Source: Candidatus Thorarchaeota archaeon
Lineage (GTDB): Archaea; Asgardarchaeota; Thorarchaeia; Thorarchaeales; Thorarchaeaceae
Length of the DNA stretch: 64,000 bases
Reading direction: 5' to 3'
Assembly (NCBI GenBank): GCA_029855935.1
Contig: JAGSHN010000023.1
Location: 32,001-96,000 of the forward strand
Shown here: positions 54,516-64,000 of the stretch, piece by piece
Layout: every line of letters begins with the position of its first letter
How positions within the stretch are numbered: position 1 is the stretch's first letter
The notes under the pieces: model-generated
Database searches by the model: none
What the model was told of the DNA's origin: nothing
What the model saw: the letters and a program-made list of their open reading frames with translations, nothing else
Made by a program: the position numbers and the translations under genes

Positions 54516-54849
54516 CAAGCAGGAACACGACGAGTGCCACAATCAGGAACGTGATCAGCTCGCCGACAAAATGCCCCACTCTGAAGGTATAGACCGATAT
54601 CTCCTCCCAGGGAATGTCCGGGATGAAGAAGTTGATCACAGGCATTATGAGGTCATCGACAAGGGCCTGAACCAGCAGACCGAGATATATGCCGAGGATG
54701 AACGCGACAGCCAGCCCGAGCACCTTGTACTTGGACAGGAATGCCACAAACTCGTCCAAGAACCCCTCCGGCGGTGGAGGAGGCGGCGGCGGTTCAAGCA
54801 GCTTTCGTATTGCTCTCAGTTCCTCAAGTATCGCTTCCTCTCTCTCCAT
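54484..54849 (-). CDS. mscL: Large-conductance mechanosensitive channel family protein
   Basis: FLDEFVAFL, LAVAFILG, LVDDLIMP, G.F...LI.FLIVA.VVF. Confidence 0.88.
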   Translation of the reverse strand: MEREEAILEELRAIRKLLEPPPPPPPPEGFLDEFVAFLSKYKVLGLAVAFILGIYLGLLVQALVDDLIMPVINFFIPDIPWEEISVYTFRVGHFVGELITFLIVALVVFLLVKVASRIGIE

Positions 54850-55078
54850 CTTGTGCAACACCTCCAGCTCAACTGCGACAGTCAGATGAACAGTGGTCAA
54901 CAGAGATGGACTGCTCCTATTTTACAGTTGTCACCCGTCGACTTTCGCGGCTTCAGTCAAGACAAGAAGGAATAGAGTGAGCCAACGAACATTCCGCTCG
55001 CGCGACCGAGTGGGCGTGGGACGACAGGGCAAACGAGTACCCGAATCGACGATCCCAGAGAACAGGGCTCATCGTTCA

Positions 55079-55582
55079 CTAGACCCATTTCACCCGCTCG
55101 CAGCCCCACTCGCGCAACATCCTCGCCAGCTCACCAGTGTGATGCATCGAATGTCGCAGCAGGTAGACAAGCTTCTCAAAGATACTCGAGAACCAGTGAA
55201 AGCCATCCTGAGGTCGAAGGTCTGCGTCAACAACAGACGAGAGGTAGGTGGTCAGACGCTCCGAGACATCATCAAGGTAGCTGATCACAATCTCCTTTGT
55301 GATCTTGGGCAAAACCTCACGCTCGACATCAGTATCCTCGGACCACTCGAATCCCGCATGTCCGCCCCATCTCATCCCCTCGGGCGTGTCCCTTGAGTAG
55401 AAGTCCATAGTCTCGACCACGTGGTAGGCAGTCAGTGAGAAGTACCACTCTCTGGAGCCCCTATGCCACAACCCGTCCGGAACCTTGTCGACAGCCTGTC
55501 GGAGCATATCCCAACTGGCGCGAAACTGACTGAGCAGTGCAGGACCTAGCATTCTCTCGTCTGGCACTTGGACAGTCACCAC
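55079..55582 (-). CDS. DinB/YfiT family protein
   Basis: AYHVVE and LRHSMHHTGEL His triad. Confidence 0.8.
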   Translation of the reverse strand: MVTVQVPDERMLGPALLSQFRASWDMLRQAVDKVPDGLWHRGSREWYFSLTAYHVVETMDFYSRDTPEGMRWGGHAGFEWSEDTDVEREVLPKITKEIVISYLDDVSERLTTYLSSVVDADLRPQDGFHWFSSIFEKLVYLLRHSMHHTGELARMLREWGCERVKWV

Positions 55583-55883
55583 AACGGAACAGGAACAGAA
55601 GAACCACTTGAGTTTTATGACGGTTCACGACGAACAACCCCGTACTGGTATTCCGCTGTTCTCCGTCCCGATGTGAAGATCAGTACGCGACGTTCATTCC
55701 CTTTGCAGCCTCTGGAATCTGACCTGAAGGCTACCCTGAACCCCTGCAGAAAACGCCCATTCGGCCCCCGGCTTGGCCGGAGCACGCCACCTCATTGGAA
55801 TACGCTGTCTCCCCGCGGCAGATCCGTCATCTGTCGAACTGTAGCCAGACCCGAGCCGGTGACATGCACGCAATGTTTTTCTT

Positions 55884-55970
55884 GGCCGCAACGGCCCCCC
55901 GCCGGGGTTCGGACCCCGGATGTCAAATGGCACCCGTGAACCAACATCGGCTCGGGAAACCGAGGCCATT
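55884..55970 (+). ncRNA. Candidate structured cis-regulatory leader
   Basis: GGCCG-CAA-CGGCC; CCGGGGT-TCGG-ACCCCGG; AATGGC...CTCGG-GAAA-CCGAG-GCCATT, directly upstream of a small ORF. Confidence 0.35.
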
Positions 55971-56007
55971 CCCAATAGAGAAGAAAAGCGGATAGGTGTT
56001 GAACGCA

Positions 56008-56136
56008 ATGCCGACGTGTAGGGACTGCAAGTTCTACAAGCCAATCGACGACACGAAGGGGGACTGCCTTGGCCACGAGGTCCCTGGGGACAGGGACGCA
56101 AAGCTCTGTCCTGCGAAGGCATTCACGCCCAAATGA
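56008..56136 (+). CDS. 42-aa Cys4 metal/Fe-S-binding small protein (BssC gamma-subunit-like pattern)
   Basis: MPTCRDCKFYKPIDDTKGDCLGHEVPGDRDAKLCPAKAFTPK; AGGTG RBS-like element upstream; below the ORF-track cutoff. Confidence 0.8.
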   Translation: MPTCRDCKFYKPIDDTKGDCLGHEVPGDRDAKLCPAKAFTPK

Positions 56137-56510
56137 CTAGCGACACATAGCTGGGACTTCGATTCTGCTCTCTGAAGCTCAGCTGAGAGAGAAAAAGCAG
56201 GTCCAAGCCGAGTGCTGGTTAGTCGAGTTTCACCATATCGCTTGCAGCAGGGTCCACTCCGCAATCACAACTGCGCAGAGTCCCGAGAGGGCAAATGCTT
56301 CCTGCGACATGCTGCACGCTTGAAGTCAGCACAGAACAGACTCATCCAGGAAACCGAAGAAACCCCCATGCGTGGACGGACTTTGTTCCTGTACGTGAGA
56401 AACCAGTACCTCCACAAAAGAACCGACCTACCGTGTGAGTCTGACTAGGGCTTAGTTCCGTCGCTATGTTAATGACCACCCGTTGACCACCATGCCCGAA
56501 GCGAAGCCGA

Positions 56511-56933
56511 ATGACCGAGATTGACAAGGATCTTGTCACACGCCGACTGGCCGAGATCAAGAGGTGGGTCTACGATATCAGGGCAATTGTGGAACAGGGC
56601 CTCGACAAGTTCCTGTCTGACCCCTACGTCGTAGATGCGGTAAAGTACAGATTGATTGTGATTATGGAGGCATGCATCTCAGTCTGCAGTCACATCATCA
56701 CAAGGACGACGCGGACAGTCCCCAGGACCTGCGCCGACTGCTTTGCGCTGTTGAGCCAACAGGGCATCCTGTCAAAAGAGTTGGCCGAGAGGTTGGGGGA
56801 GATGGCAAAGTTCACGAGTACACTTGCCCACATCAATCGGAAGGTAGATGACAAGAAGGTCTACCAGATAATGAGGGATGACATAGGCGACATCGAGATG
56901 TTTGTGCAAAGGGTGAGTGAGTACATTGGCTAG
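56511..56933 (+). CDS. HEPN/DUF86 protein with degenerate active site
   Basis: DAVKYRL..IMEACI; FTSTLAH in place of FRNxLVH. Confidence 0.82.
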   Translation: MTEIDKDLVTRRLAEIKRWVYDIRAIVEQGLDKFLSDPYVVDAVKYRLIVIMEACISVCSHIITRTTRTVPRTCADCFALLSQQGILSKELAERLGEMAKFTSTLAHINRKVDDKKVYQIMRDDIGDIEMFVQRVSEYIG

Positions 56934-57315
56934 CAGAGAAGAGATTCTCAACAGGGTCAGGCAGCTCCTGCTCCAACAGGATGAGGTCGTGTTTGCCTAC
57001 GTGTTTGGTAGCTTTCTCAGGGGGCCATTCAGAGATATCGACATAGCCGTATTTGTCGACGAAAACCGCGTATCAGACTACCTCAAGTTTGGTCTGAGGC
57101 TCGCAGCGAGAATGGAGAGGGAGATCCACTTGCCCGTTGACCTCAGGGTCCTGAACGACGCCCCGCTGTGTTTCCAGTACGCCGTTATCAAGGGAGAAGT
57201 GTTGATCTCCAGGGACGAAGAGACAAGGTGCAGCTTTGTCGAGAGAGTGATTGTTGAGTATCTTGACTTCAGAGAGTTCGAGAGACGGGCCATCCGCGAT
57301 ATCATCTCGGCATAG
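56917..57315 (+). CDS. MNT antitoxin
   Basis: YVFGSF, RDIDIA, VDLRVLNDAP, EYLDF. Confidence 0.88.
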   Translation: MSTLASREEILNRVRQLLLQQDEVVFAYVFGSFLRGPFRDIDIAVFVDENRVSDYLKFGLRLAARMEREIHLPVDLRVLNDAPLCFQYAVIKGEVLISRDEETRCSFVERVIVEYLDFREFERRAIRDIISA

Positions 57316-57442
57316 TGGTTCAGTCGTTGTTGCTCGTGAAGCGAGTACTCGCAGGGATGTTTCCAGTGCTACTGAATTCCTTGGGCCTTCTGCAAGGCGC
57401 TCTGTCGACACTGATATTCCTCCGCACGGGGACTGATTATCC

Positions 57443-58942
57443 CTACCACACCCATAGACCAAACAGCTGAAGCAAGACGGCCTGACCGAATACGAAACCG
57501 AGCAGCATAGCCCGCTCCTTGGTGCTCATCCCCGTCCCCGTGATGTAGGTGAGAACGGGAATCAGCAGGAACGGCAGAATGAACATGCAGATTCTTGCTG
57601 TCTCGCCCTTCTTAGGCGTTCCAGCCAGGAACAGAATGGCCAGGGAAATAAGAGCCGCGACGACAAGAGCATATCTCTTGAGCCCCCTCCCATCGCGCCC
57701 TGCCTCATCCCTCATCATCAGGAGGCCTCTGTAGGCGAGGACGGACAGAATCGGGCCAAAGAAGATCATGATGTCCATGACATCCTCTACTCTCGTCACA
57801 ACGTACTCAATCGGATTGGCAAGCAGCGTGAGGCCGTTCGGATTCTCCAGCGAGCTGGCATAGAGAAACGCGTTGATGTAGTTGAAGCCAGTTGCGAGAG
57901 ACAGCAACGCGTATGCCGCAGCAATGCAGGCACTCAACAACAGAGGAAGCCGTATCGACCTCAGGACCTCAACCACACGAGAGACTATGGCACCATCTCT
58001 TGTTCCTGCCAGGGCCTTCAGCGTCTCGAAGGCAAAGAGGAAGAGCACCGCGAACGCGGACAGGAACGTGATGAAGGTGAGCAGGAACAGACAGACAAGA
58101 GATCCTGCAAACGCCACCCTCCGGTCCGGATGAAGATAGAAGTAGGTGAGGCCCAGCACAAGTGTTGCGACAATCGCATAGATGTTCGCAAGATAGTAGG
58201 CCTGAACAGCAGGAAGAAAGAGGTAGAGAAGGGCAGCATAGCCTGCGATGTCCTCGTCGAACAGCTGACGAACCAACCCCTTGAGGAAGACGGCCGAGCC
58301 AGCAGAGGATATGACGCAGATACCGAGAGCAATCATCCCCGGGGAGCCGAACGCAAGGCAGAGAACATAGATCACCAGTACTGCCCCGGGCGGATGAGTC
58401 TGGGCGTGCACCGTTAGCGTGGGTTGGAGTGTCTCGTAGTTGCTGATGAAGTCGATGACGCTGCGGACTCGGACCGCGTCGTTGAAGATCTCGATGGGAC
58501 CGCCTATCGGCTGCACAATACCAATCTCCCAGCCGTGAATCAGACTCGTGGCGATGATGGATATCATTCCGACAGCAGCCGCCAGCCAGGGACTCAGGGA
58601 TATCCGCCCTCGCCTGTGCAGATACACAAGACCAATCACCGCCACAGCCGACACGACAAGAGCGACTACAATCTCCGGAGGGGAGGGAATCACCAGTTGA
58701 CCCCACAGCGGCCAGCTGTTGAATGCCCTGCTACTGTCGCCAGCAGGAGGCGGTCTTGGAGAACCCGAGGGGGGTCGGCGACCGTCAGGCGGCCCTGCGC
58801 GGGCTGGACCCAATAGGATGTGGTAGAAGGCGACAATCAACACGATGCCGAGTGTGACCTTCACGTACGCCCAGATGTTCTCCCTGCTCAGCAGTACACC
58901 GGATTGCGAGTCGCGATGGGCAGGTGCTTCCTCGGCCGTCAT
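57443..58942 (-). CDS. Multi-pass membrane protein, GT-C glycosyltransferase-like
   Basis: About 11-12 TMs; loop HAQTHPPG; GETARI near the C-terminus. Confidence 0.65.
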   Translation of the reverse strand: MTAEEAPAHRDSQSGVLLSRENIWAYVKVTLGIVLIVAFYHILLGPARAGPPDGRRPPSGSPRPPPAGDSSRAFNSWPLWGQLVIPSPPEIVVALVVSAVAVIGLVYLHRRGRISLSPWLAAAVGMISIIATSLIHGWEIGIVQPIGGPIEIFNDAVRVRSVIDFISNYETLQPTLTVHAQTHPPGAVLVIYVLCLAFGSPGMIALGICVISSAGSAVFLKGLVRQLFDEDIAGYAALLYLFLPAVQAYYLANIYAIVATLVLGLTYFYLHPDRRVAFAGSLVCLFLLTFITFLSAFAVLFLFAFETLKALAGTRDGAIVSRVVEVLRSIRLPLLLSACIAAAYALLSLATGFNYINAFLYASSLENPNGLTLLANPIEYVVTRVEDVMDIMIFFGPILSVLAYRGLLMMRDEAGRDGRGLKRYALVVAALISLAILFLAGTPKKGETARICMFILPFLLIPVLTYITGTGMSTKERAMLLGFVFGQAVLLQLFGLWVW

Positions 58943-59025
58943 AGCACGACAGGAATCTCGTGATCACATATACCAGTTTGCCGAAGTCTCTACAGCTCTC
59001 ACCCAAATCTCTCCCAAATCACAGT

Positions 59026-59481
59026 TCAGTCCAGACTTATGTATAGAAACACAGCAAGCGCAACACTGGTGAAGAAGTCCGGAATCAGGACAAACGGCCC
59101 GAGTCCCTGCGCCCGAAATCCGAACACCAAATGCACCAGCGGATTCGAGGCCAGAGCGTACAGAAGGAGAGACACCATCACGAGTATCAGGCCGAGAGTG
59201 AACCGAGTCTTGATCTCCCTATATATGCCCGCGTAGATTGCGGTCAGCGCCAGGACCACAACGATATTGAAGAACGAGAGCAGGGCCTTGAGATTCAGCA
59301 GAACGTTCATCGTGGCCGGATCAGCCAGCGGCGGCGGTCGAGGCTCCTCCTGAGGCGGCGGCAGAACGACACTTGCCAGTACCATACCCAACACTCCCAC
59401 CAGCAGAGCGACCGCAATGATGGCAACAAACCTCATTCGTTTCGAAGACATAGTCCCGCTATCAATCTCCACTGTCATCAC
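59026..59481 (-). CDS. Conserved archaeal 4-TM membrane protein (partner of ArsR-like regulator)
   Basis: Y.EIKTRFTLGL, NPL, GPF..IPD.F motifs; overlaps the regulator gene. Confidence 0.75.
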   Translation of the reverse strand: MMTVEIDSGTMSSKRMRFVAIIAVALLVGVLGMVLASVVLPPPQEEPRPPPLADPATMNVLLNLKALLSFFNIVVVLALTAIYAGIYREIKTRFTLGLILVMVSLLLYALASNPLVHLVFGFRAQGLGPFVLIPDFFTSVALAVFLYISLD

Positions 59482-59773
59482 CTATACCCCTTTGCCCAAT
59501 TCTCTCCCAAATCTCGGTCAACTTGTCAAAGGAGGCCTCGACCTCCTCAGAGAGGAAATAGAGGGATCCGTAACCGCTCCCCTCCCGAACAACGACCTCG
59601 TGGCGTTCAAGAAACGCCAGATGATGTCGGACTGTCTTGTAGTCCAGACCGAGCAGCTCCGCAAGCTGGTTGGCATTGTAGGGTCGACTGTGAAGAAGGA
59701 ACATAATTCTCGCGCGATTCACACCGCCACGGGTGCCAGCGACAAGCCACCAGAGAAGCTGCTCTATCTTCAT
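59462..59773 (-). CDS. ArsR-like winged-helix transcriptional regulator
   Basis: LWWLVAGTRGG.NRARI, PYNANQLA..L.LDYKTVRHHL, GYGSLYFLS. Confidence 0.9.
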   Translation of the reverse strand: MKIEQLLWWLVAGTRGGVNRARIMFLLHSRPYNANQLAELLGLDYKTVRHHLAFLERHEVVVREGSGYGSLYFLSEEVEASFDKLTEIWERIGQRGIGDDSGD

Positions 59774-60400
59774 CAAGTTCTCTCTCTTCGGGCGGGTATT
59801 ATAGATTCCCACCAAAGTGAGTTCAGACTGGATATCCGGTATCAGCGGTGTTCCTCAGGCCGACAAGCACGACCCAAGAACATAGCTCGTTGACAGTCTA
59901 CGAGAAAGCCCACAATGATAGCCGAGGGCGTCGGTACTCTCATCAATGTCATCTGGGAGCGGGTCAGGCAGGTGTCCCGTAGTTGGAACTGGTGTAGTCT
60001 GGGGTAACCAAGAAAACTCAACGCATACACGCTCAACCACCGGGTGGCAACCAGCGTGCCCTCGGTCTTCGCTTCGAGCGGCTTGTTTCCCCGCTTGCCA
60101 GTTGTCAGTGGCCAGCAGCCTCTCGATAGCCACGAGAAACGTGCGCACATCGGCTATCAGAAGGGGCACGGCTCCCTCAAGAATGTGAGAACGGACGTCA
60201 CAATGCGGGGTGGGAACATACTCGAGCACCTGGTCGGGTGCGACTCGTGCGTACAGTATTTGTTCAGTACGTGACTAGTCGCCATCGCACATTAGGACGA
60301 AGAGATGGTGTTGCGTTCTGTATGATGAGGCGATGCTATCTTTCTTCGAAGGAAGCACAAATCTTATATCCAAAGGTATCCATAGATATCCCGATGTATA

Positions 60401-60691
60401 ATGCGCATACAAAGATCGCGAAAAGAGAAGATCCTCATCACGGTCCCGGAAGACCACTTGCGGATAATAGACGGTCTAGTGGCGCGGGGGGCGGCTCCGA
60501 GCCGAAGCGCACTCATTCAGCAGATCATAGGGGCATTTGTTACAGAGGTCAACAGGATGAAAAACTCCTCATCTCAACTATATGCTCAGCCTCAGACGAT
60601 AGGAAACGCCGTGGAAGCTCTGATTGCGTATTTCTTGTATGTGCTTGGGAAGGCAGCAATTGACGCACTGTTTGGGAGTGACAATCAATGA
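60401..60691 (+). CDS. Ribbon-helix-helix (CopG-like) protein with hydrophobic C-terminal helix
   Basis: ILITVPE..L..ID.LV..G...SRSALI. Confidence 0.7.
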   Translation: MRIQRSRKEKILITVPEDHLRIIDGLVARGAAPSRSALIQQIIGAFVTEVNRMKNSSSQLYAQPQTIGNAVEALIAYFLYVLGKAAIDALFGSDNQ

Positions 60692-61155
60692 GAATGAGAA
60701 ACATTCCGATGCACAGAGACATTGTGATTCCGAAGACAATGATGCCAACGGTTCCACCTGGCTTTGAAAAGACGATACTGGGGGAACCAAAAGGAGCAAT
60801 CGCACAATACAGGGGCCCCGGGAACCTTCACCTACGCGAATACGATGACAGATGGACACTCCATAGAGACTATGGCGACCCACGAACTCTTGGCGGCCTA
60901 ATCATCCATATATTCTTGGATGCGCCCGAGATTGGGATATCTTTGCTCATTGCCGCAGGAACCTTCAAGGAAACATACGAGGCCACAGGGTCAACAACAA
61001 AGGCGCTGACAGAAGCGCTGAAGGTTCTGCCAGTTTCGTATATCGCTCTGCGGACAATCAAGGCACTATTTGAGTATCTGGTTCAGTTGTTTTCATCCGG
61101 CAGTGTTGAATATTCACGACTCAGCCAGAATCCGGCGGTCCGATACGAGTGGTAG
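60688..61155 (+). CDS. Hypothetical protein (archaeal-type), translationally coupled to RHH
   Basis: ATGA overlap; LG..KGA..QYR...LHLREY....HRD..DP...H...DAPE. Confidence 0.7.
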   Translation: MRMRNIPMHRDIVIPKTMMPTVPPGFEKTILGEPKGAIAQYRGPGNLHLREYDDRWTLHRDYGDPRTLGGLIIHIFLDAPEIGISLLIAAGTFKETYEATGSTTKALTEALKVLPVSYIALRTIKALFEYLVQLFSSGSVEYSRLSQNPAVRYEW

Positions 61156-61544
61156 CTTTTCAGGATGCACTTGAATTCGCTAAGTGATAGTACAATTCCC
61201 TATCCTCCGGAGAGTCGATGGTGTTCCATAACCATACAAACTCCGACATCTAGTTCCAGTGTGCACTGGCTCTCGCCGACTGCAATGTACTTCTCCTGCG
61301 AGAACGTGAGGGATGCAGAACAGGATTCAGAGAGAGCGGCAAATGACACAGGTGAGGCGTGATGTCGAGGGAGCCAATGGGCAAATCTCTTTCCCATCAT
61401 TCTCTAGAACCGTTCATCGTGCCTTCCTTCCAGTGACTCATCTCCCGATAGACAATACACTCGATTAGATCTTGGGATAGGTAGCTCAGTAGTGAATTGA
61501 TTGTCAGTTTACCACGTGTGCCACGGCTTGCCCACCTTGCCCAC

Positions 61545-61641
61545 ATCTTCTGGTAGGAAACCTTGTTGAGGCTGACGTCAAGTTCTTGTCTGTATCTTCC
61601 CACAGCGGTCTTTGCTGTACAAACCGTCGATCAATTGCCAT
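61545..61641 (-). pseudogene. Remnant 5' end of HEPN/DUF86 toxin
   Basis: ATG overlaps the MNT stop: MAIDRRFVQQR, then frameshifted GRYRQELD..L..VSY. The rest is missing. Confidence 0.45.
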
Positions 61642-62065
61642 CTCTAATCGACCTCATCACTTGGTCTAGAAACCGGCGCTCGAAGATTGCATAGTCGGGG
61701 TAGTGAATCATCACATCGGCGAGAAACCTCTCCCACGCCCCCTCTCTCGCAAAAAGGACCAGGCCATCCCGTGCAATCTTGTATCTCAGTGACCAGTTTA
61801 CGTCCTCGACAAGAATGACATCGACCCGTTTTTCTGGGCCGTTCAATGCGGACACCAGCTCCATCAACAGCCTCCATCTGTCATCCACCTCGGGCAGGGT
61901 CGTCTTGATGGCAATGTCGGTGTCGCTCAGAGAGTGAGCAGTGCCACGTGCACGGGAGCCGAAGACTGCGATGAACTCTATGCGGTCGCCGCCAATCCGG
62001 AGGATGACATCCCGTATGTTCTTCAAGTCCGGTGGAATTGAACTGGCTGTCTGCGGCTTTGTCAA
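61631..62065 (-). CDS. MNT antitoxin
   Basis: VFGSRARG, SDTDIA, VDVI, IARDG; TTTTTTATG box about 33 nt upstream. Confidence 0.88.
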   Translation of the reverse strand: MTKPQTASSIPPDLKNIRDVILRIGGDRIEFIAVFGSRARGTAHSLSDTDIAIKTTLPEVDDRWRLLMELVSALNGPEKRVDVILVEDVNWSLRYKIARDGLVLFAREGAWERFLADVMIHYPDYAIFERRFLDQVMRSIRDGN

Positions 62066-62484
62066 CGAACCTACCCATCTACTGTTTTGACCTCAAGCAT
62101 AAAAAACTGGCTAGGCTAGAATAGGAACGAGAACACCCCAGCAACCCTCGGACCAGAATTGTCAGACAATTACATCCGGGTGCTCCGACAGAGATGTCTG
62201 AATGGAACCCGACACTCCGGAGTGCAAGATCAGCTGTAGATGTTCTGATCGTTCGATGAAGCGTTCTAGATGCAACCTCGTCCCACTTACGATACTTGCC
62301 AGACTGGGATTCCCGATGCCTTTGAAACGTAGGCAGACTCCGAGGATTGAACCGGCCTAACTGGGATTGATGGGGGGCAGGACAGCGTCAACGAGAGCAC
62401 GTCTTGTCCGAGGGCCAACACACCGACAAGCGTGAACCAAGCCACTCTGGTAGCAACAGCGTGCAACTCGCGCAGGAAATACGT

Positions 62485-63240
62485 CTATCCAGCAAGTGCC
62501 TGTATCAGCAAGATTGCTGCAACTGTGAGGAGGACACCGCCGAACACCGCACGCACGTGCCTCGGCCTTGCGTGATGCGCCATTACTCGCGACCCGATCT
62601 GACTCCCCGCAAACACGGCCACTGCACAGGCAATCCAGATGTCCCACTGCGGCTCGGCGGCAAAGACCATATGCGAGATGAAGCTCGACGTCCCCGAGCA
62701 GCTGACGATGAACGCCGATGTCGCTGCTGCAATCTTGGGATCCAGTCCGACGATGTACAGCAGTGGCACCACAAAGCTGCCGCCGCCCCTGCCAATCAGC
62801 CCAGCGATGAGTCCAAGCCCAGCACCACCCATCAGACCAATGGCCATTCTCTCGCGGGACTTGAACTCATCACGCGACGGTCTCCACCCGCTCAGCATCA
62901 GTAGTGCCGCCGCAGCCGTGAACAGCGCGAACACAACCAGCAGGACATCGGTGGGAGCAGCGATATTGAGCAACGTTCCGATGGGTGCAAAGATGACCAT
63001 CGTCAGTCCAAACGGCAGCGCGATTCTCCAGTCGATGAGCCCCCTCCGATGGTATGTCACGGCGGCCGACGAGCTGTTGATCACGTTCAGCAGCATCCCG
63101 AGGGGAATTGCCTGGGTCTTGAAGTCCATCCCGAACCAGAAGAGAATGGGAATGTAGAGCTGGGACCCGCCCATCCCCAACATCGAGAATACAAATGCAA
63201 TCAGAAAGAAGACAATTGGTATCAGGATGGCGTAGTCCAT
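62485..63240 (-). CDS. Sulfite exporter TauE/SafE family membrane protein
   Basis: Two repeats, GMGGSQLYIP and GRGGGSFVVP; A.ATS; about 8 TMs. Confidence 0.9.
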   Translation of the reverse strand: MDYAILIPIVFFLIAFVFSMLGMGGSQLYIPILFWFGMDFKTQAIPLGMLLNVINSSSAAVTYHRRGLIDWRIALPFGLTMVIFAPIGTLLNIAAPTDVLLVVFALFTAAAALLMLSGWRPSRDEFKSRERMAIGLMGGAGLGLIAGLIGRGGGSFVVPLLYIVGLDPKIAAATSAFIVSCSGTSSFISHMVFAAEPQWDIWIACAVAVFAGSQIGSRVMAHHARPRHVRAVFGGVLLTVAAILLIQALAG

Positions 63241-63589
63241 GCAATCACTGGCTCCTACAATAGCGACTCAGGTTGTCGAGCCCCGGACCGACTAGCGACC
63301 GCTGAGGCCCTGCAGTCGCATTCCGTGCACTGTTCTATTTACATATGCCGCAACTGGCACACTGCCAGATACTTCAGAATACGCGCTGCTGATCCCTGAC
63401 CCAGCAGGCCTATTCGCAAATGGTTTCGCGCTGGCAACGCCCGAGACATTGGCACAGCAGAGTGGTCAGGCCCACAGAGAGTCTACCATCGCAGGGTTCG
63501 CAGTGATACCGCTCATTCTCCATTCTCAGCCAGTCGTACGACGAATCCTTTTAGATGTGACAGACATAGTATGAGGGGAGGGAAGCACG

Positions 63590-64000
63590 TTGGCATCAAG
63601 TCGGACGGCCTTTGGTCTGATCGTGGTGTACGGCATCAGTGTGGTCCTCAGCGCGGCCTTCTCATTGACAAACCCAGAATGGAGTACGGTCGTTCCACTG
63701 CTGGGACTGGAGACGAGATACCACTTCCTTCTCGTGGTCTACGTCATCCCGCTGGTCGTGGGCATTGTCGTCACATATCTCGCGCTCCGTGGAGTGACTC
63801 CTCTCTATCTGAGACTGAGAACGGCAATGGCTGAGGGAGACAGCCGCATCGTCTATGCGCCCCCCACCTCTGACCCAAACGACTCGGATGTCTATCTCAG
63901 GAGGAGCCTTCTCGTGGCGTTCCTTGTTCTTGGGATTCTGTCAATCATCATCCACTACGTCGACCCGCATCTCTTCATGACCGACGCGGACTACGAGATG
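63590..64000 (+). CDS. Membrane protein, 3'-truncated by window edge
   Basis: Frame from TTG 63590 is open to the window end (MASSRTAFGLIVVYGISVVLS...) with three hydrophobic segments. Confidence 0.7.
   Translation, partial: MASSRTAFGLIVVYGISVVLSAAFSLTNPEWSTVVPLLGLETRYHFLLVVYVIPLVVGIVVTYLALRGVTPLYLRLRTAMAEGDSRIVYAPPTSDPNDSDVYLRRSLLVAFLVLGILSIIIHYVDPHLFMTDADYEM

Noticed and set aside
55902-55919. GGTTCGGACCCC as a tRNA T-arm or integration site
   Set aside because: The loop lacks the conserved A58, and no acceptor, D or anticodon arms can be built.
1-64000. Numerous 60-250 aa ORFs antisense or out of frame to called genes (e.g. 32031-32774, 48369-48998, 57969-58706)
   Set aside because: Shadow ORFs of GC-rich coding sequence without recognisable motifs.

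Overview
Archaeal chromosome segment, most likely an Asgard archaeon of Thorarchaeia type. This is inferred from TATA-like boxes about 30-35 nt before start codons, archaeal HEPN/MNT and ArsR pairs, TSP3-repeat surface proteins, and JAMM and WD40 proteins; no marker gene is present. I found no rRNA, tRNA, CRISPR array or intact transposase/integrase. (1) About 0-28 kb is a defence-like island: SAMHD1-like HD phosphohydrolase + wHTH partner, ABC ATPase + PD-(D/E)xK pair, solo PD-(D/E)xK, OLD nuclease, Mre11/Rad50-like pair (ATPase with an internal TM hairpin), JAMM protein, PARIS-like ATPase + TOPRIM pair, helicase-nuclease remnant, GIY-YIG and GmrSD, with decayed genes between them. (2) About 24-45 kb holds surface/secreted proteins: deacetylase, M23-like, two beta-propeller + TSP3-repeat proteins, subtilase, a circularly permuted family-5 solute-binding protein, and a 1290-aa multi-TM + Rossmann-like + ACT-like orphan. 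(3) About 37-64 kb mixes housekeeping-type genes with five TA loci, four of which have damaged toxins. It also contains a TM-wHTH-HEPN-like protein, an MscL with its bundle-like helix at the N-terminus, and a 42-aa Cys4 protein missing from the ORF track, preceded by a structured leader. All calls come from reading motifs by eye; no searches were run.
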